This document shows positions 36,538-46,904 of a stretch of 64,000 bases of DNA, one piece after another. The translations under genes were made by a program, and so were the position numbers. The DNA lies in the NCBI GenBank assembly GCA_963806855.1, contig CAWDYW010000001.1, forward strand, positions 1,216,001-1,280,000. Reading direction: 5' to 3'. The notes below the pieces were generated by a model. It saw only the letters and a list, made by a program, of their open reading frames with translations. It was not told the origin of the DNA and ran no database searches. Source of the DNA: an uncultured Verrucomicrobiae bacterium (GTDB taxonomy: Bacteria > Chlamydiota > Chlamydiia > Chlamydiales > Rhabdochlamydiaceae). The number at the start of each line of letters is the position of its first letter. Positions within the stretch are counted from its first letter, which is position 1.

Positions 36538-37713
36538 TCAGACTGAAAGATTTAGCTCAAGCATCTTCCACGATTTGTCTAAGACCAGCGTTCCTTCTCC
36601 TGAGAGTTTGTGAGCATTTGGAGCTAGAGCTGCGATTTGTTCAAGCGCCTCGGGCAGTTTTTCGGCGGGGGTTTGGATGCCAGCTTTTGCCCCTAGAATG
36701 AGCTCGACGAGCTCTTTTTGTTTTTCCATGTAGGGGCCAAAAATCACCGGGATATTGGCTTGGATCGGCTCAAAAATGTTGTGCCCGCCGACGCCAGGGA
36801 TGAAGCTTCCCCCAAGGATCGCCAGCTCGCTGATCTGGTAGCAAGCGGTCAGGACGCCCATCTGGTCGACAACAATGATTTGGGGATTATCAAGCTCTTG
36901 AACAAATTTCTTCACTTTTGCAAAGCGCTCAGGATGGCGCGGGACAACTAAAATTTTTGCTGAGGTAGGGAGGTTCGCCAAGAGGAGCGCCTCTTCATTT
37001 TCATGTGTGGATCCGAGGGTGATGACTCGATCGGTTGCACTGAGTCCAAGTTTTTCTCGCCAGGCGCTCTTTTCGTCGGCGGTTAGTTTCTTTGTGGGGA
37101 TGGCGAGTTTGAGGTTGCCGGTAATGGTGAGCGGCGCCGAGGGACAGAGAGAGGCAAAGCGGGCCGCATATTCGGGGCTTTGGATGCACAGATGGTCGAA
37201 GGATCCAAACAATCGTTTGGAAAAACCGGGGAATTTAGCAAAGCGGGCGGCTGATTTTTCCGAGATTTTCCCATTGAGAAGGAGCACTTTGCCCCCTCCC
37301 CTTTTTACCGCTCGGATCTGATTCATCCAAAAATCGCTTTCAGAGAGGATCAGCAACTGCGGTTTGATCCTTTTGACTAGCCGCCTCATCGCCCAGGAAA
37401 AATCCAGCGGCAGGAGAAAGTAGCCGTCGGCGTTCGGCAGGCTCTTCTTGGCCTCGGTCTGTCCAGTCGAAGTCGTATTGGACAGGTAGATGGCTGCATC
37501 GGGGTGTTGCTCTCGTAGCCGCTTGTAGATGGGCACCATGATTTTGGTCTCCCCCATCGAAACCATGTGGATCCAAATAGCCGACGGTTTTGAATGTGGC
37601 GGTGGAAGCTTAAATCCAAATCGCTCTCGGATAGTCCCTCGGTACTTTTTCTGGGTTAACCATTTGGGAAGTGCAAGCAAGCTTCCGAGCAGCAAGATCA
37701 GGTTATAGAGCAT
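36538..37713 (-). CDS. waaA: Kdo transferase
   Basis: IWIHMVSMGE, LPLDF, ESDFW.N, NGKISEKS, TGNLK, GSTH..EE, VPRHPERF, GGHNIFEP. Confidence 0.93.
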   Translation of the reverse strand: MLYNLILLLGSLLALPKWLTQKKYRGTIRERFGFKLPPPHSKPSAIWIHMVSMGETKIMVPIYKRLREQHPDAAIYLSNTTSTGQTEAKKSLPNADGYFLLPLDFSWAMRRLVKRIKPQLLILSESDFWMNQIRAVKRGGGKVLLLNGKISEKSAARFAKFPGFSKRLFGSFDHLCIQSPEYAARFASLCPSAPLTITGNLKLAIPTKKLTADEKSAWREKLGLSATDRVITLGSTHENEEALLLANLPTSAKILVVPRHPERFAKVKKFVQELDNPQIIVVDQMGVLTACYQISELAILGGSFIPGVGGHNIFEPIQANIPVIFGPYMEKQKELVELILGAKAGIQTPAEKLPEALEQIAALAPNAHKLSGEGTLVLDKSWKMLELNLSV

Positions 37714-40208
37714 TAGTTCTTGACCACCACATTGAGGAGTTTATTGGGGACGAAGATCACCTTTTGGATCTCCCCTTCCATATACTTGGCCAAACGCGCA
37801 TCGGCCAGAGCCAATTTGAGGATCTCATCTTGGGTCTTGTCGATCGGAAGATCCCACTTGCCGCGCAGTTTCCCATTGATCTGGAAAACATAGGTCGCAG
37901 TCTGGTCGATCAAGTAGTCTGGATTGACTTTTGGGTATTGAACGTAGGTCATGCTGCCTGTCCCTCCTAAATGCTCCCAAAGCTCTTCTGCAAGATGCGG
38001 CGCGAAGGGATAAAGGGCTTGGATGGCCATTTTGAGAATGCTCTTTGGATATTGGGGCAATTGGGTAAAGTGATTGATGAATTCCATCATTTTGGCGATC
38101 GCGGTGTTGAACTGGAGATTCTCAATGTCTTTTTCTACGTCATCGATGAGTCGGTGGCCAAGTTTAAGCGCCTCTTCGCTTTCCTCATCGGTCACTTTTT
38201 CTGAGTAGACCATGTCGTAAAAGCGGTTCAAGAAGCGGCGGCAGCCATGGACGGCATCGCTATTCCATAATTTCTCTTTTTCAAATGGTGCCATGAACAT
38301 CTCATAGAGACGGAGCGCATCTGCCCCGTACTCTTCGATCATTTCATCGGGCGTCACCCCATTGAGTTTTGATTTGGACATCTTTTCGATTTGCGATTCG
38401 AGGACAGTTCCAGTGCCGAGCTGACGATAGACTCCGTCCTCTTCTTCGACCTCCTCAGGCGCTACGTAGCCCCCGCGCGGCAATTTGTAGGCCCGCGCCG
38501 TGACGAGGCCCTGATTGCGCAAGGTTTGGAATGGCTCTGACGTCGAGACAAGACCGGAGTCGAAGAGCACTTTGTGCCAGAAACGGGCATATAAGAGGTG
38601 CAACACAGCGTGTTCTACTCCCCCAACGTACATGTCGACCGGGAGCCAATATTTCTCTTTTTCAGGATCCCAAGCGGCCAGGTCATTGTGAGGATCGCAG
38701 AAACGGAGGTAGTACCAGCACGAGCCGGCCCACTGGGGCATCGTATTGGTTTCCCGCTCTGCTTTTTTCCCTGTTTTGGGGTCGGTGATATGGACCCATT
38801 CGGGGACCCGCACGAGGGGGCTCTCTCCTGATTCTGTCGGTTTGAAATCGATTAACTCGGGAGGGCAGAGAGGCAATTCGCTGATATCGAGAATCCTCTT
38901 TGTTCCATCTTGGAAGTGGAGGATCGGGAAGGGCTCGCCCCAGTACCGTTGGCGCGAGAAGAGCCAATCGCGAAGCTTGTAGGAGATCGTCCGCTCGCCG
39001 TGCCCTGTTTTTTCGAGCCATTCGACCATCTTCTCTTGAGCTTCAGTGAAAGGGAGGCCATTGAGGTTAAGGCTCTCATTTTGGCTATTAATGAGTATTT
39101 GACACCCTTCTTCTGAAGCGGGGTCAATGATAGGTTGGATTTTCAATCTATACTTTTGGGTAAATTCGAAGTCCCGTTCATCATTGCTCGGTACTCCCAT
39201 AACAGCCCCGGTTCCATAGTGCATTAACACGTAGTCGGCGATCCAAATGGGGATCAATTCATCTGTGGCAGGGTTGATTGCATAGGCCCCGGTCCAGACC
39301 CCCGTTTTTTCCTTCGCGAGTTCTGTCCGCGCCATATCGCTCTTGAGAGCTGTTTGTCTCTTATAATCTTCGACTTCGGCCCGCTGCTCTTGGGTCGTAA
39401 TCTCCTCAATGAGGGGGTGCTCGGGGGCGATGACGATAAAGGTCGCTCCGAAGAGGGTGTCATGGCGGGTGGTGAAAACGGTGATAATGTTGCCTGTCCG
39501 CTGCTCTTTAAAATGGACCTTGGCCCCTTCGCTGCGGCCGATCCAGTTGGTTTGGAGCCGCTTGAGGTAGTCGGGCCAATCAAGAAGGTCGAGGTCTGTA
39601 AGAAGCCGCTCGGCATAGGCTGTAATGCGGAGAACCCACTGGCGCAAGGGGCGCCGTTCTACCGGGTATCCCCCCTCTTTGGAGAAGCCGTTTTCGACTT
39701 CTTCATTGGCGAGTACGGTGCCGAGGGCTGGGCAATAGTTGACGAGCAGCTCTGCCTCATAGGCCAGTCCCTTTTCATAGAGCTTCGTGAAAATCCATTG
39801 GGTCCACTTGTAGTATTGGGGCTCGCTGGTGGCGATTTCGCGGCTCCAATCGTAGCTAAAACCGAGGGATTTGAGCTGACGTCTATAGGTGGCGATGTTC
39901 TTTTGCGTGGTGACGGCTGGATGGGTGCCGGTGCGGATGGCATATTGCTCTGCTGGAAGGCCAAAACTATCCCAGCCCATTGGGTGAAGGACATTGAATC
40001 CCTTCTGCCGCTTATAGCGAGCTAAAACATCGGTCGAGGTATAGCCTGTCACGTGACCGACATGAAGCCCTGATCCAGAAGGATAGGGGAACATATCGAG
40101 GACATAGTATTTCGGCTTATTGTAGTCGACTTCTGCCTTAAAAATTTGTCTACTTTCCCAAATTTCTTGCCATTTTTGCTCTATTCGCTGATGATCGTAC
40201 TTTTCCAT
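37713..40208 (-). CDS. leuS: Leucyl-tRNA synthetase
   Basis: MFPYPSG, HVGH, SRQRYWG, GGVEHAVLHLLYARF, KMSKS. Confidence 0.98.
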   Translation of the reverse strand: MEKYDHQRIEQKWQEIWESRQIFKAEVDYNKPKYYVLDMFPYPSGSGLHVGHVTGYTSTDVLARYKRQKGFNVLHPMGWDSFGLPAEQYAIRTGTHPAVTTQKNIATYRRQLKSLGFSYDWSREIATSEPQYYKWTQWIFTKLYEKGLAYEAELLVNYCPALGTVLANEEVENGFSKEGGYPVERRPLRQWVLRITAYAERLLTDLDLLDWPDYLKRLQTNWIGRSEGAKVHFKEQRTGNIITVFTTRHDTLFGATFIVIAPEHPLIEEITTQEQRAEVEDYKRQTALKSDMARTELAKEKTGVWTGAYAINPATDELIPIWIADYVLMHYGTGAVMGVPSNDERDFEFTQKYRLKIQPIIDPASEEGCQILINSQNESLNLNGLPFTEAQEKMVEWLEKTGHGERTISYKLRDWLFSRQRYWGEPFPILHFQDGTKRILDISELPLCPPELIDFKPTESGESPLVRVPEWVHITDPKTGKKAERETNTMPQWAGSCWYYLRFCDPHNDLAAWDPEKEKYWLPVDMYVGGVEHAVLHLLYARFWHKVLFDSGLVSTSEPFQTLRNQGLVTARAYKLPRGGYVAPEEVEEEDGVYRQLGTGTVLESQIEKMSKSKLNGVTPDEMIEEYGADALRLYEMFMAPFEKEKLWNSDAVHGCRRFLNRFYDMVYSEKVTDEESEEALKLGHRLIDDVEKDIENLQFNTAIAKMMEFINHFTQLPQYPKSILKMAIQALYPFAPHLAEELWEHLGGTGSMTYVQYPKVNPDYLIDQTATYVFQINGKLRGKWDLPIDKTQDEILKLALADARLAKYMEGEIQKVIFVPNKLLNVVVKN

Positions 40209-40265
40209 AAACCCCTTTAATCCTAATTCGTTAAAGTATAGCGAAATCGACAGATATTTTCCATA

Positions 40266-40436
40266 GAACCTATCTCAACAAAAAGTTTCAGCCGATTTTC
40301 CGGTTCTTTTGGCCAATTTTCGATTCAAATTCGGGGGGGCATATGCGTCAGCTTTATATTACCCCCCCCGAATTTGAATCGAAAATTGGCCAAAATAATC
40401 CAGAAAATCGGCGAAAAATTTTATTGAGATAGGTTC
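40266..40436. repeat. 171 bp palindromic element, family A
   Basis: Outer IR GAACCTATCTCAA / TTGAGATAGGTTC; same core as the 22051 element. Confidence 0.92.
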
Positions 40437-40441
40437 CGGGG

Positions 40442-40470
40442 TTGTCAAAAAATCCTTAAACTAATATAGT
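40442..40470 (+). promoter_or_regulatory. Sigma70/sigma66-type promoter
   Basis: TTGTCA, 17 nt, TATAGT upstream of ATG 40502. Confidence 0.6.
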
Positions 40471-40501
40471 AGTGAGCAAGCTTTTATTTGAGATAGAAAT
40501 T

Positions 40502-41887
40502 ATGGCAGAAGTCGCAACATTCAAAAAAAATAAGATTGAATTAAAGGAGTATGAGTACTCAAAAGATATCCAGAATCGGATTTTGATGGCTCAATTCACT
40601 GCCCTAGATGTCGAAGTACTCGAGGAAATCCTCTATAGCTCCCTTCGGATCCCCCTTTCCCTCCTAGAGCAAAATCTCAATTTGAGCTCTGCCGAGCTAA
40701 AGGCGTCTCTAGATAAGCTCTCCAAAACAGACCTTTTTCAGGTTGCTGGAGGCTTTGTCATCGTCGATAAAGATCGGCGGAAATACTATGAGATGCAGAT
40801 TCTCAAATTCGAAGAGGATTTCAAGCCAGGCATGGAATACTTGCAGGGGCTTTTGCGCAAAGTGCCCATCCACATTCTTCCCAACTGGTACTCGATCTCT
40901 CGTACTTCCGATAATATCTTCGAATCGATAGTCGAAAAATATCTCCACTCCCCGCAGGCTTTTCAGCGCTATCTGATGGAGCTCCACTTGAGCGATCCAA
41001 AGCAAAAAGGGATCATGAACTCCGTCTACCAGTCTCCCGACTATGAAGTTGAAGCGAGCGACATGATCAAGAAATTCGATCTAACTCAAGAAGAGTTTGA
41101 GGAGCATATGCTCTATCTCGAGTTCAGTTTCGTCTGCTGCATCCGCTACAAGAGAAAAGGGGATCGTTTTGTCGAGATGATCACCCCATTCTACGAGTGG
41201 CAAGAGTATCTCTGTCATGTACGGGACACAGAACCTACACCGATTATCGATGAAGAGACGATTAAGCGACTCAAAAAATCAGACTATGGCGTCATCGAAG
41301 AGATGGCTGCGATCCTCGAGCTCGCCCAAAAAGGGCCAATCACTCGTTCGGTAATCCCCACCATCCAGAAAAAACTTCCCGACTTTGAGACGAGCGATTT
41401 CGAGCGGCACGTCCACAAACTCTGTCAATTGAATTTGGCCGAGCGCAGCGGTGACAAAGTCAACTGCACTAGCGATACTCTCGATTGGCTTAAGATGAAA
41501 AACAATGACCGAGCTGTCTACATCTATCGCCATCCGCTTAATTGCCTTGTGTACCCCTCCTTACCACAAGAGCTAAACTCGCAACGGCTCGTTCGAGATG
41601 CAGAGAAAAGTGTTGAGCGTGTCGTCGGCGCCGGCTGGGTCTTCATGGATGACTTTCTGAAAGGGGTCTTTATCCCCCTCAATGATAGCCACTACATCAC
41701 TCTGAAAAAAGTGGGCCGCAACTGGAAATACCAACTCCCCGAATACACCGATACCGAACAAGACTTTTTCCAAGCTGTGATTAGCCGATCGCTCTTCGAA
41801 TCTGGAATCACTGCTCTAGGGACAAAAGATGGGCGCGAATGTTTCTGCTTGACCCCCTTTGGGCACACGATATTCGGCAATGAGTAA
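40502..41887 (+). CDS. Hypothetical protein (~460 aa) coupled to smpB
   Basis: Long ORF with backbone-like composition; winged-helix-like segments; overlaps smpB start. Confidence 0.8.
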   Translation: MAEVATFKKNKIELKEYEYSKDIQNRILMAQFTALDVEVLEEILYSSLRIPLSLLEQNLNLSSAELKASLDKLSKTDLFQVAGGFVIVDKDRRKYYEMQILKFEEDFKPGMEYLQGLLRKVPIHILPNWYSISRTSDNIFESIVEKYLHSPQAFQRYLMELHLSDPKQKGIMNSVYQSPDYEVEASDMIKKFDLTQEEFEEHMLYLEFSFVCCIRYKRKGDRFVEMITPFYEWQEYLCHVRDTEPTPIIDEETIKRLKKSDYGVIEEMAAILELAQKGPITRSVIPTIQKKLPDFETSDFERHVHKLCQLNLAERSGDKVNCTSDTLDWLKMKNNDRAVYIYRHPLNCLVYPSLPQELNSQRLVRDAEKSVERVVGAGWVFMDDFLKGVFIPLNDSHYITLKKVGRNWKYQLPEYTDTEQDFFQAVISRSLFESGITALGTKDGRECFCLTPFGHTIFGNE

Positions 41888-42323
41888 CGACCTAGTCTCC
41901 AATCGCAAGGCTTTCCACAACTATGAAATCATAGAGACCTATGAAGCGGGAATGATTTTGATGGGATCGGAGGTCAAATCGCTCAAGGCCCACAACGGCA
42001 ACATTCAGGATGCCTACGTGATCATCTCCGGCCGAGACGTGATCCTCAAAAATAGTTCCATCGCACCCTATGCCCAAGCGGCGATGTTTGGCCACGAAGA
42101 AAGGCGCGACCGTAAGCTCCTCCTGCATAAGCGTGAGATCGATAAGTTGATCAAAGCGAGCCAGGACAAAGGAATCACGATCATTCCCCTCGCCATCTAC
42201 TTAAGCAAGGGTTTCATCAAAGTGAAAATCGGAACTGCCCGTGGCAAGAAAGCCTATGACAAGCGAGCCGCCATCAAAGAGCGCGAAGACAAAAGATCGA
42301 TCGACAGAGCTTTAAAAGAATAA
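41880..42323 (+). CDS. smpB: SsrA-binding protein
   Basis: NRKAFHNY, EAG..L.GSEVKS, RKLLLHKREI, GKKAYDKR. Confidence 0.97.
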   Translation: MSNDLVSNRKAFHNYEIIETYEAGMILMGSEVKSLKAHNGNIQDAYVIISGRDVILKNSSIAPYAQAAMFGHEERRDRKLLLHKREIDKLIKASQDKGITIIPLAIYLSKGFIKVKIGTARGKKAYDKRAAIKEREDKRSIDRALKE

Positions 42324-42331
42324 CCTTTCCC

Positions 42332-43219
42332 TCATCCCTTTTTTTTGGATAGTTGCAGGAGGTCGATGATTGGAGTAATATCATCATCAACATCTAAGGT
42401 GGGAACTAGCATTCGACGGGTTCCAGGCTTAGAACCCTCCTCAAGTTCTTTACCATAGTCTTCTAGGGTTAGCAGTTCGAAACTGAGGCTTGGATTATTA
42501 AAAAGGCTGGGGGCGCTTAGCGGGAATAGAAGTTTTTGTGATTCTATACATCCTGAGTTAACTGCACAAACTAGTGGAGTGTTACCGTCGGCATCGACTA
42601 TATTAGCATCAGCTTTATTATCCAGAAGAGTTCTAACAACCTCTGGGCGACCTTTTGAGGCAGCATAATGGAGGGCTGTTTTACCATCGGCATTTTTCAT
42701 GTTTGGATCAGCCCCATGCTGAAGACTTAAATTAACAGAATCATTCAGACCTCTCTCAGCTGCTCTTATTAAATGGGTAGACTCCTTCAAATGAGATATG
42801 ATCATTCTTTTAATGTTAGGGGATTTACTAGCAACATCAAGAACTTTTTGAGAAATACATAGAATATCTGAGCTTAATAGAATAATTAATTGTTCTAGTT
42901 TTCCTAATATAACGAATCTTATAAAATGATTTGCTGTAATGTCCAAAAAGATTTCATTTATAAATAATGCTCGACTCCAGTTTTTTTGCTCGACTGCCCT
43001 TTTGCGGACAAGGTATAGAAATTCATCACGTTCTGTGGAAAGTTCATTTGCAAGATTTGTTTTTGGGAAATTTGTGGCAGCCACCCTTATTAGCGTGTTG
43101 AATCTATCAAGTGTATTGCGCAGTTCTTTGTCGCTAATATGATTCCCATTTTTCGGCGCAACTGCTGCAGATGGAGGACTTGAATTAGGCAGGTTGGTGG
43201 CCCTTGTGACGGTACTCAT
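42332..43219 (-). CDS. Ankyrin-repeat protein, paralog 1
   Basis: GKTALHYAA.KG..EVV..LL...AD.N, GNTPL..A; ATG 43219 after AGAGGT. Confidence 0.85.
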   Translation of the reverse strand: MSTVTRATNLPNSSPPSAAVAPKNGNHISDKELRNTLDRFNTLIRVAATNFPKTNLANELSTERDEFLYLVRKRAVEQKNWSRALFINEIFLDITANHFIRFVILGKLEQLIILLSSDILCISQKVLDVASKSPNIKRMIISHLKESTHLIRAAERGLNDSVNLSLQHGADPNMKNADGKTALHYAASKGRPEVVRTLLDNKADANIVDADGNTPLVCAVNSGCIESQKLLFPLSAPSLFNNPSLSFELLTLEDYGKELEEGSKPGTRRMLVPTLDVDDDITPIIDLLQLSKKKG

Positions 43220-43397
43220 TTTTGACCTCTTTATAGCTATTGAGCAAACCATTATAACACATTTATTCGTATTAAAAAAGTTAAAAATATTCAAAGTTAT
43301 AGATAAATATCAGCTTAAATATACTGAGCCGATGGGCTTATTATGTGGGTCCAAATTCACACTTTTGGGCGAGTCGGGGTATAGCTGTTGTGCTCTC

Positions 43398-44549
43398 TCA
43401 TTCTTTTCGTTGGGGTGGCAGGAAGTTGTAGGGTAGAGGAAAATCTAAGGTCGTAGGTGGCAATTGAGGGTCTCTTAAATCAAGTTGTCTATTATATTCT
43501 TCTTGGTCTAACACTTCTACCTTGAGGTTTGGATTAGTAAAAAGGTCATCCATGTTGGTAAATGGCAATAGAAGGTTTTGTGATTCTTTACATCCTGACT
43601 CAAGTGCACAAATTAGTGGAGTGATACCTTTGGCATCGGCTATATTCGGATCAGCTTTATTATCCAAAAGAGTTCTAATAACCTCTGGGCGACCCTTTGT
43701 GGCAGCATAATGGAGGGCTGTTATACCAATGGCATTTTTCATGTTTGGATCAGCCTCATGCTGAAGACTTAAATTAACACAATCATTCAGACCTCTTTCA
43801 GCTGCTCTTATTAAGTGGGTAGACTCCTTCAAATTGGATATGAATATTTCTTGAATGGCAGGGGATTCACTAGCAACATCAAGAACTTTTGGTGAAATAC
43901 ATAGATTATCTGTGTATAACAGATATTTTAATTGCCCAATGTATTTTAATTTAATTAATCTTATAAAGTGATTTGTTGTAATTTCCAAAAATATTTTATT
44001 TACAAACAATTCTCGATTCCAGTTTTTTTGCTTGACTGCCTTTTCGCGGACAAGGTGTAGAAAATCATCTCGGTCTTCGGCAAGTTGATTTGCAAGATTG
44101 CTCCCTGAAAATTTTTCGGCAGCCACCCTTATTAGGCTGTTAAATCTAATAAGTGTTTGGCTTAGTTCTGCGTCGCTAACATGATCGCCATTTTTCGCCT
44201 CATTTTGGGAAGGTGATCTTAGCAAAAAGTGATTTGGTGAAATATCCAAAAAGATTTTATTTATAAGTGATACTCGATCCCAGTTTTTTTGCTCGACTGC
44301 CTTTTCGCGGACTTGTTGTAGAAATTTATCTCGGTTAAACGAAAGTTGATCTGCAAGATCTGTGTCTGGATATTTTTTGGCAGCCACCATGATTTGCGTT
44401 TTAAATGTATCAATTGTTTTGTGTAGTTCCGTGTCGCTAATTTGATTCCCATTTTCCGGTTTATTTTTGGATGTTGAACTTTTTCGCTCAACTGCTGCAG
44501 ATGGAGGACTTGAATCAGACCTGTTGGTGGCCCTTGTGACGGCACTCAT
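43398..44549 (-). CDS. Ankyrin-repeat protein, paralog 2 (N-terminal domain duplicated)
   Basis: GITALHYAA.KG, GITPL; two copies of a ~76 aa domain; ATG 44549 after AGAGGT. Confidence 0.85.
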   Translation of the reverse strand: MSAVTRATNRSDSSPPSAAVERKSSTSKNKPENGNQISDTELHKTIDTFKTQIMVAAKKYPDTDLADQLSFNRDKFLQQVREKAVEQKNWDRVSLINKIFLDISPNHFLLRSPSQNEAKNGDHVSDAELSQTLIRFNSLIRVAAEKFSGSNLANQLAEDRDDFLHLVREKAVKQKNWNRELFVNKIFLEITTNHFIRLIKLKYIGQLKYLLYTDNLCISPKVLDVASESPAIQEIFISNLKESTHLIRAAERGLNDCVNLSLQHEADPNMKNAIGITALHYAATKGRPEVIRTLLDNKADPNIADAKGITPLICALESGCKESQNLLLPFTNMDDLFTNPNLKVEVLDQEEYNRQLDLRDPQLPPTTLDFPLPYNFLPPQRKE

Positions 44550-44766
44550 TTTTGACCTCTTTATGGTTTTTGAACCAATCATTATAACACATTTATTCTT
44601 TTTAAAGCAGTTAAAAACACAAAATTTAAAAAATCAATTTGCATGTAAATCTATAGATAAAAGCTACCTAAAAGATGGAAGAATCGCTTTTCGTCTTCGA
44701 TCGAATAACAACGTTGACGAATCAGCCGATTTTCGATAAAGTTGTGGCTTTAGACAGTGAGGTTAT

Positions 44767-45861
44767 ATGAAAGTAAAAATACTACGCGCCGACTTCGTCA
44801 GGCTTATTGGCAAAATTCAAAGCATCGTCCCCGTCAAAGCATCGATTCCCATCTTGGCAAACGTGCTCATTGAAGCGGAAAACGATCAGCTGATCATTAG
44901 CGCAACTGATTTGACAGTCAGTATGCGGGTGTTCGGCCAGGCGGAGGTGCTGCAGGCTGGGGCTATTACTCTGCCGGCTAAGAGACTTTTCCAATTGGTG
45001 CGGGAGCTGACGACGCCCGAAATTGTCATCGAAACAACTTCCCCAGAAGTGGCGGTGATTCATGCGGGCAGCTCCAATTTCCGCATTCAGGGGATGCACG
45101 AGTCGGAATTCCCCTCTTTGCCCGATCTGTCGGAAGGCTATCAGCTGATGTTCAAGTCAGAGGCATTGAAGGAGATGTTGCTCCGTACCGCATTTGCTGC
45201 GGCGCGGGACGATTCTAGACAGGTGCTCAACGGGGTATTGTTGCAGAAGGTGAACCATTTGGCCACGTTTATCGGGACCGATGGGAAGCGGCTTGCACGC
45301 AATCGTGTGGAAATTGAGACCGATTCTGCCGATGCGGGCAATTATATCCTCCCGATCAAGGCGGTCGAAGAGATCATCAAAATCGCCGATGGGGAAAGTG
45401 TGAAACTGGTGCTCATGCCAGAGAAGTTGGCGATCGAAACCGATGCGGCCGTTCTCATCACGAAGCTGATTGCAGGGCAATATCCGGATGTCACGCGGGT
45501 CATCCCTCAGAAATCGGAGAATATGATCACCCTTCACCGCGATGAGTTGATTGCGCTGCTACGGCAGGTTTCGCTGTTCACCTCGGAAGAGAGCAATTCG
45601 GTTCGTTTCTCTTTTGCAGAAGGGGCGCTCCATTTAACTGCCACAAATGGCAGCGTTGGAGAAGGCAAAGTCAGCATGCCGGTCAATTACAGCGGACCTA
45701 AACTGGAAATCGCCTTTAATCCTCACTACTTCCTCGATATCTTGCGCCATGTCAAAGATGAGACGGTTCAGTTTGAGGTGTCCGATTCCTATAATCCTGG
45801 ATTGGTTACCGATTCCTCAAAGGCTGAATTTGTGATCATGCCGATGCGTCTAGACAACTAA
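44767..45861 (+). CDS. dnaN: DNA polymerase III beta clamp
   Basis: IPILANVLI, ATDL, R..LNGV, TDGKRL, GQYPD..RVIP, IAFN..Y, VIMPMRL. Confidence 0.97.
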   Translation: MKVKILRADFVRLIGKIQSIVPVKASIPILANVLIEAENDQLIISATDLTVSMRVFGQAEVLQAGAITLPAKRLFQLVRELTTPEIVIETTSPEVAVIHAGSSNFRIQGMHESEFPSLPDLSEGYQLMFKSEALKEMLLRTAFAAARDDSRQVLNGVLLQKVNHLATFIGTDGKRLARNRVEIETDSADAGNYILPIKAVEEIIKIADGESVKLVLMPEKLAIETDAAVLITKLIAGQYPDVTRVIPQKSENMITLHRDELIALLRQVSLFTSEESNSVRFSFAEGALHLTATNGSVGEGKVSMPVNYSGPKLEIAFNPHYFLDILRHVKDETVQFEVSDSYNPGLVTDSSKAEFVIMPMRLDN

Positions 45862-46904
45862 TGTGGGTTAAGAAGCTCTATCTACACCACTTTCGCAACT
45901 ACACGCAGGCGGAGGTCCATTTTTCTCCAGGAGTCAATTGGATTACAGGGAAAAATGGGCAGGGAAAGACCAATTTGCTCGAGGCGCTCTATTTGCTTAG
46001 CACAGGAAGGTCTTTTCGGACGCCTCAGCTGGGACAATTAATCCAGAAAGGGGCCCCGTTTTTTTACATCGAAGCGGAAATTGAAAAAGAGGGAGTCACC
46101 CAAACTCTTAAGCTCTCTTTCGATGGTGAGAACAAGAAAGTGCAGCACAATGCGAGCACTTATGCCCATTTCGCTCCCCTCATCGGTCTATTGCCCCATG
46201 TGCTCTATGCACCAGAGGACATCGCTTTGGTCGCGGGAATCCCCCTGTATCGGCGCAAATTTCTCGATCTCCATTTGGCGCAGTTTGATCCCCTCTATTT
46301 GCATCATCTGGCTCGGTATCACAAGGCTCTGCGGCAACGCAATGAGCTGCTCAAAAGCAGGAGCGAAGTGGCGATCGACCCCTGGGAAGAGATGATGATG
46401 CAGAGCGCCCAGTATCTGATAGAAAAACGGGCGCTGATGATTGAAGAGCTGCAACATCCCCTAAAGGAGAGTGTCAAGTCGCTGTCGCACGGTGCCGATA
46501 CGATTGGGATCTGTTACAAGAGTTCTACGCCAGAATGGCAAAAAAATCGGAAAAGGGAGCTCCATATTGGCACGACGCTCAGTGGACCCCATCGGGATGA
46601 TGTCCACTTTGAGATCCAGGGACTATCGGCAAAATCGTTCGCCAGTGAAGGGCAAAAACATTCGATTATCGCTGCGCTCCGCCTTTGCCAGTGGGATCAT
46701 CTCTATGAGCAGACAGGCTCCCCTCCGCTGATGAGCATAGACGATTTTGGCGCTCACCTCGATCAAGGGCGCCAGGCCAAATTTCAAGAGCAACTGAAGG
46801 GGCAAATTTTTTTGACAAGCCCTAATGAATCGCCTGAGATTTTCCCAAATAAACAAATCGTAGAAGTGAGTTTAGGTCAGGTGTCGCATATAGGCAGCAC
46901 CTAG
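45861..46904 (+). CDS. recF: RecF
   Basis: FRNY, G.NGQGKTNLLEA, RRKFLD, QRN.LL, GPHRDD, SEGQ, LD..RQ. Confidence 0.96.
   Translation: MWVKKLYLHHFRNYTQAEVHFSPGVNWITGKNGQGKTNLLEALYLLSTGRSFRTPQLGQLIQKGAPFFYIEAEIEKEGVTQTLKLSFDGENKKVQHNASTYAHFAPLIGLLPHVLYAPEDIALVAGIPLYRRKFLDLHLAQFDPLYLHHLARYHKALRQRNELLKSRSEVAIDPWEEMMMQSAQYLIEKRALMIEELQHPLKESVKSLSHGADTIGICYKSSTPEWQKNRKRELHIGTTLSGPHRDDVHFEIQGLSAKSFASEGQKHSIIAALRLCQWDHLYEQTGSPPLMSIDDFGAHLDQGRQAKFQEQLKGQIFLTSPNESPEIFPNKQIVEVSLGQVSHIGST

Noticed and set aside
39354..40025. 223 aa plus-strand ORF and other short ORFs inside leuS, maeA, pgi and glmS
   Set aside because: Antisense or alternative-frame shadows of well-supported genes
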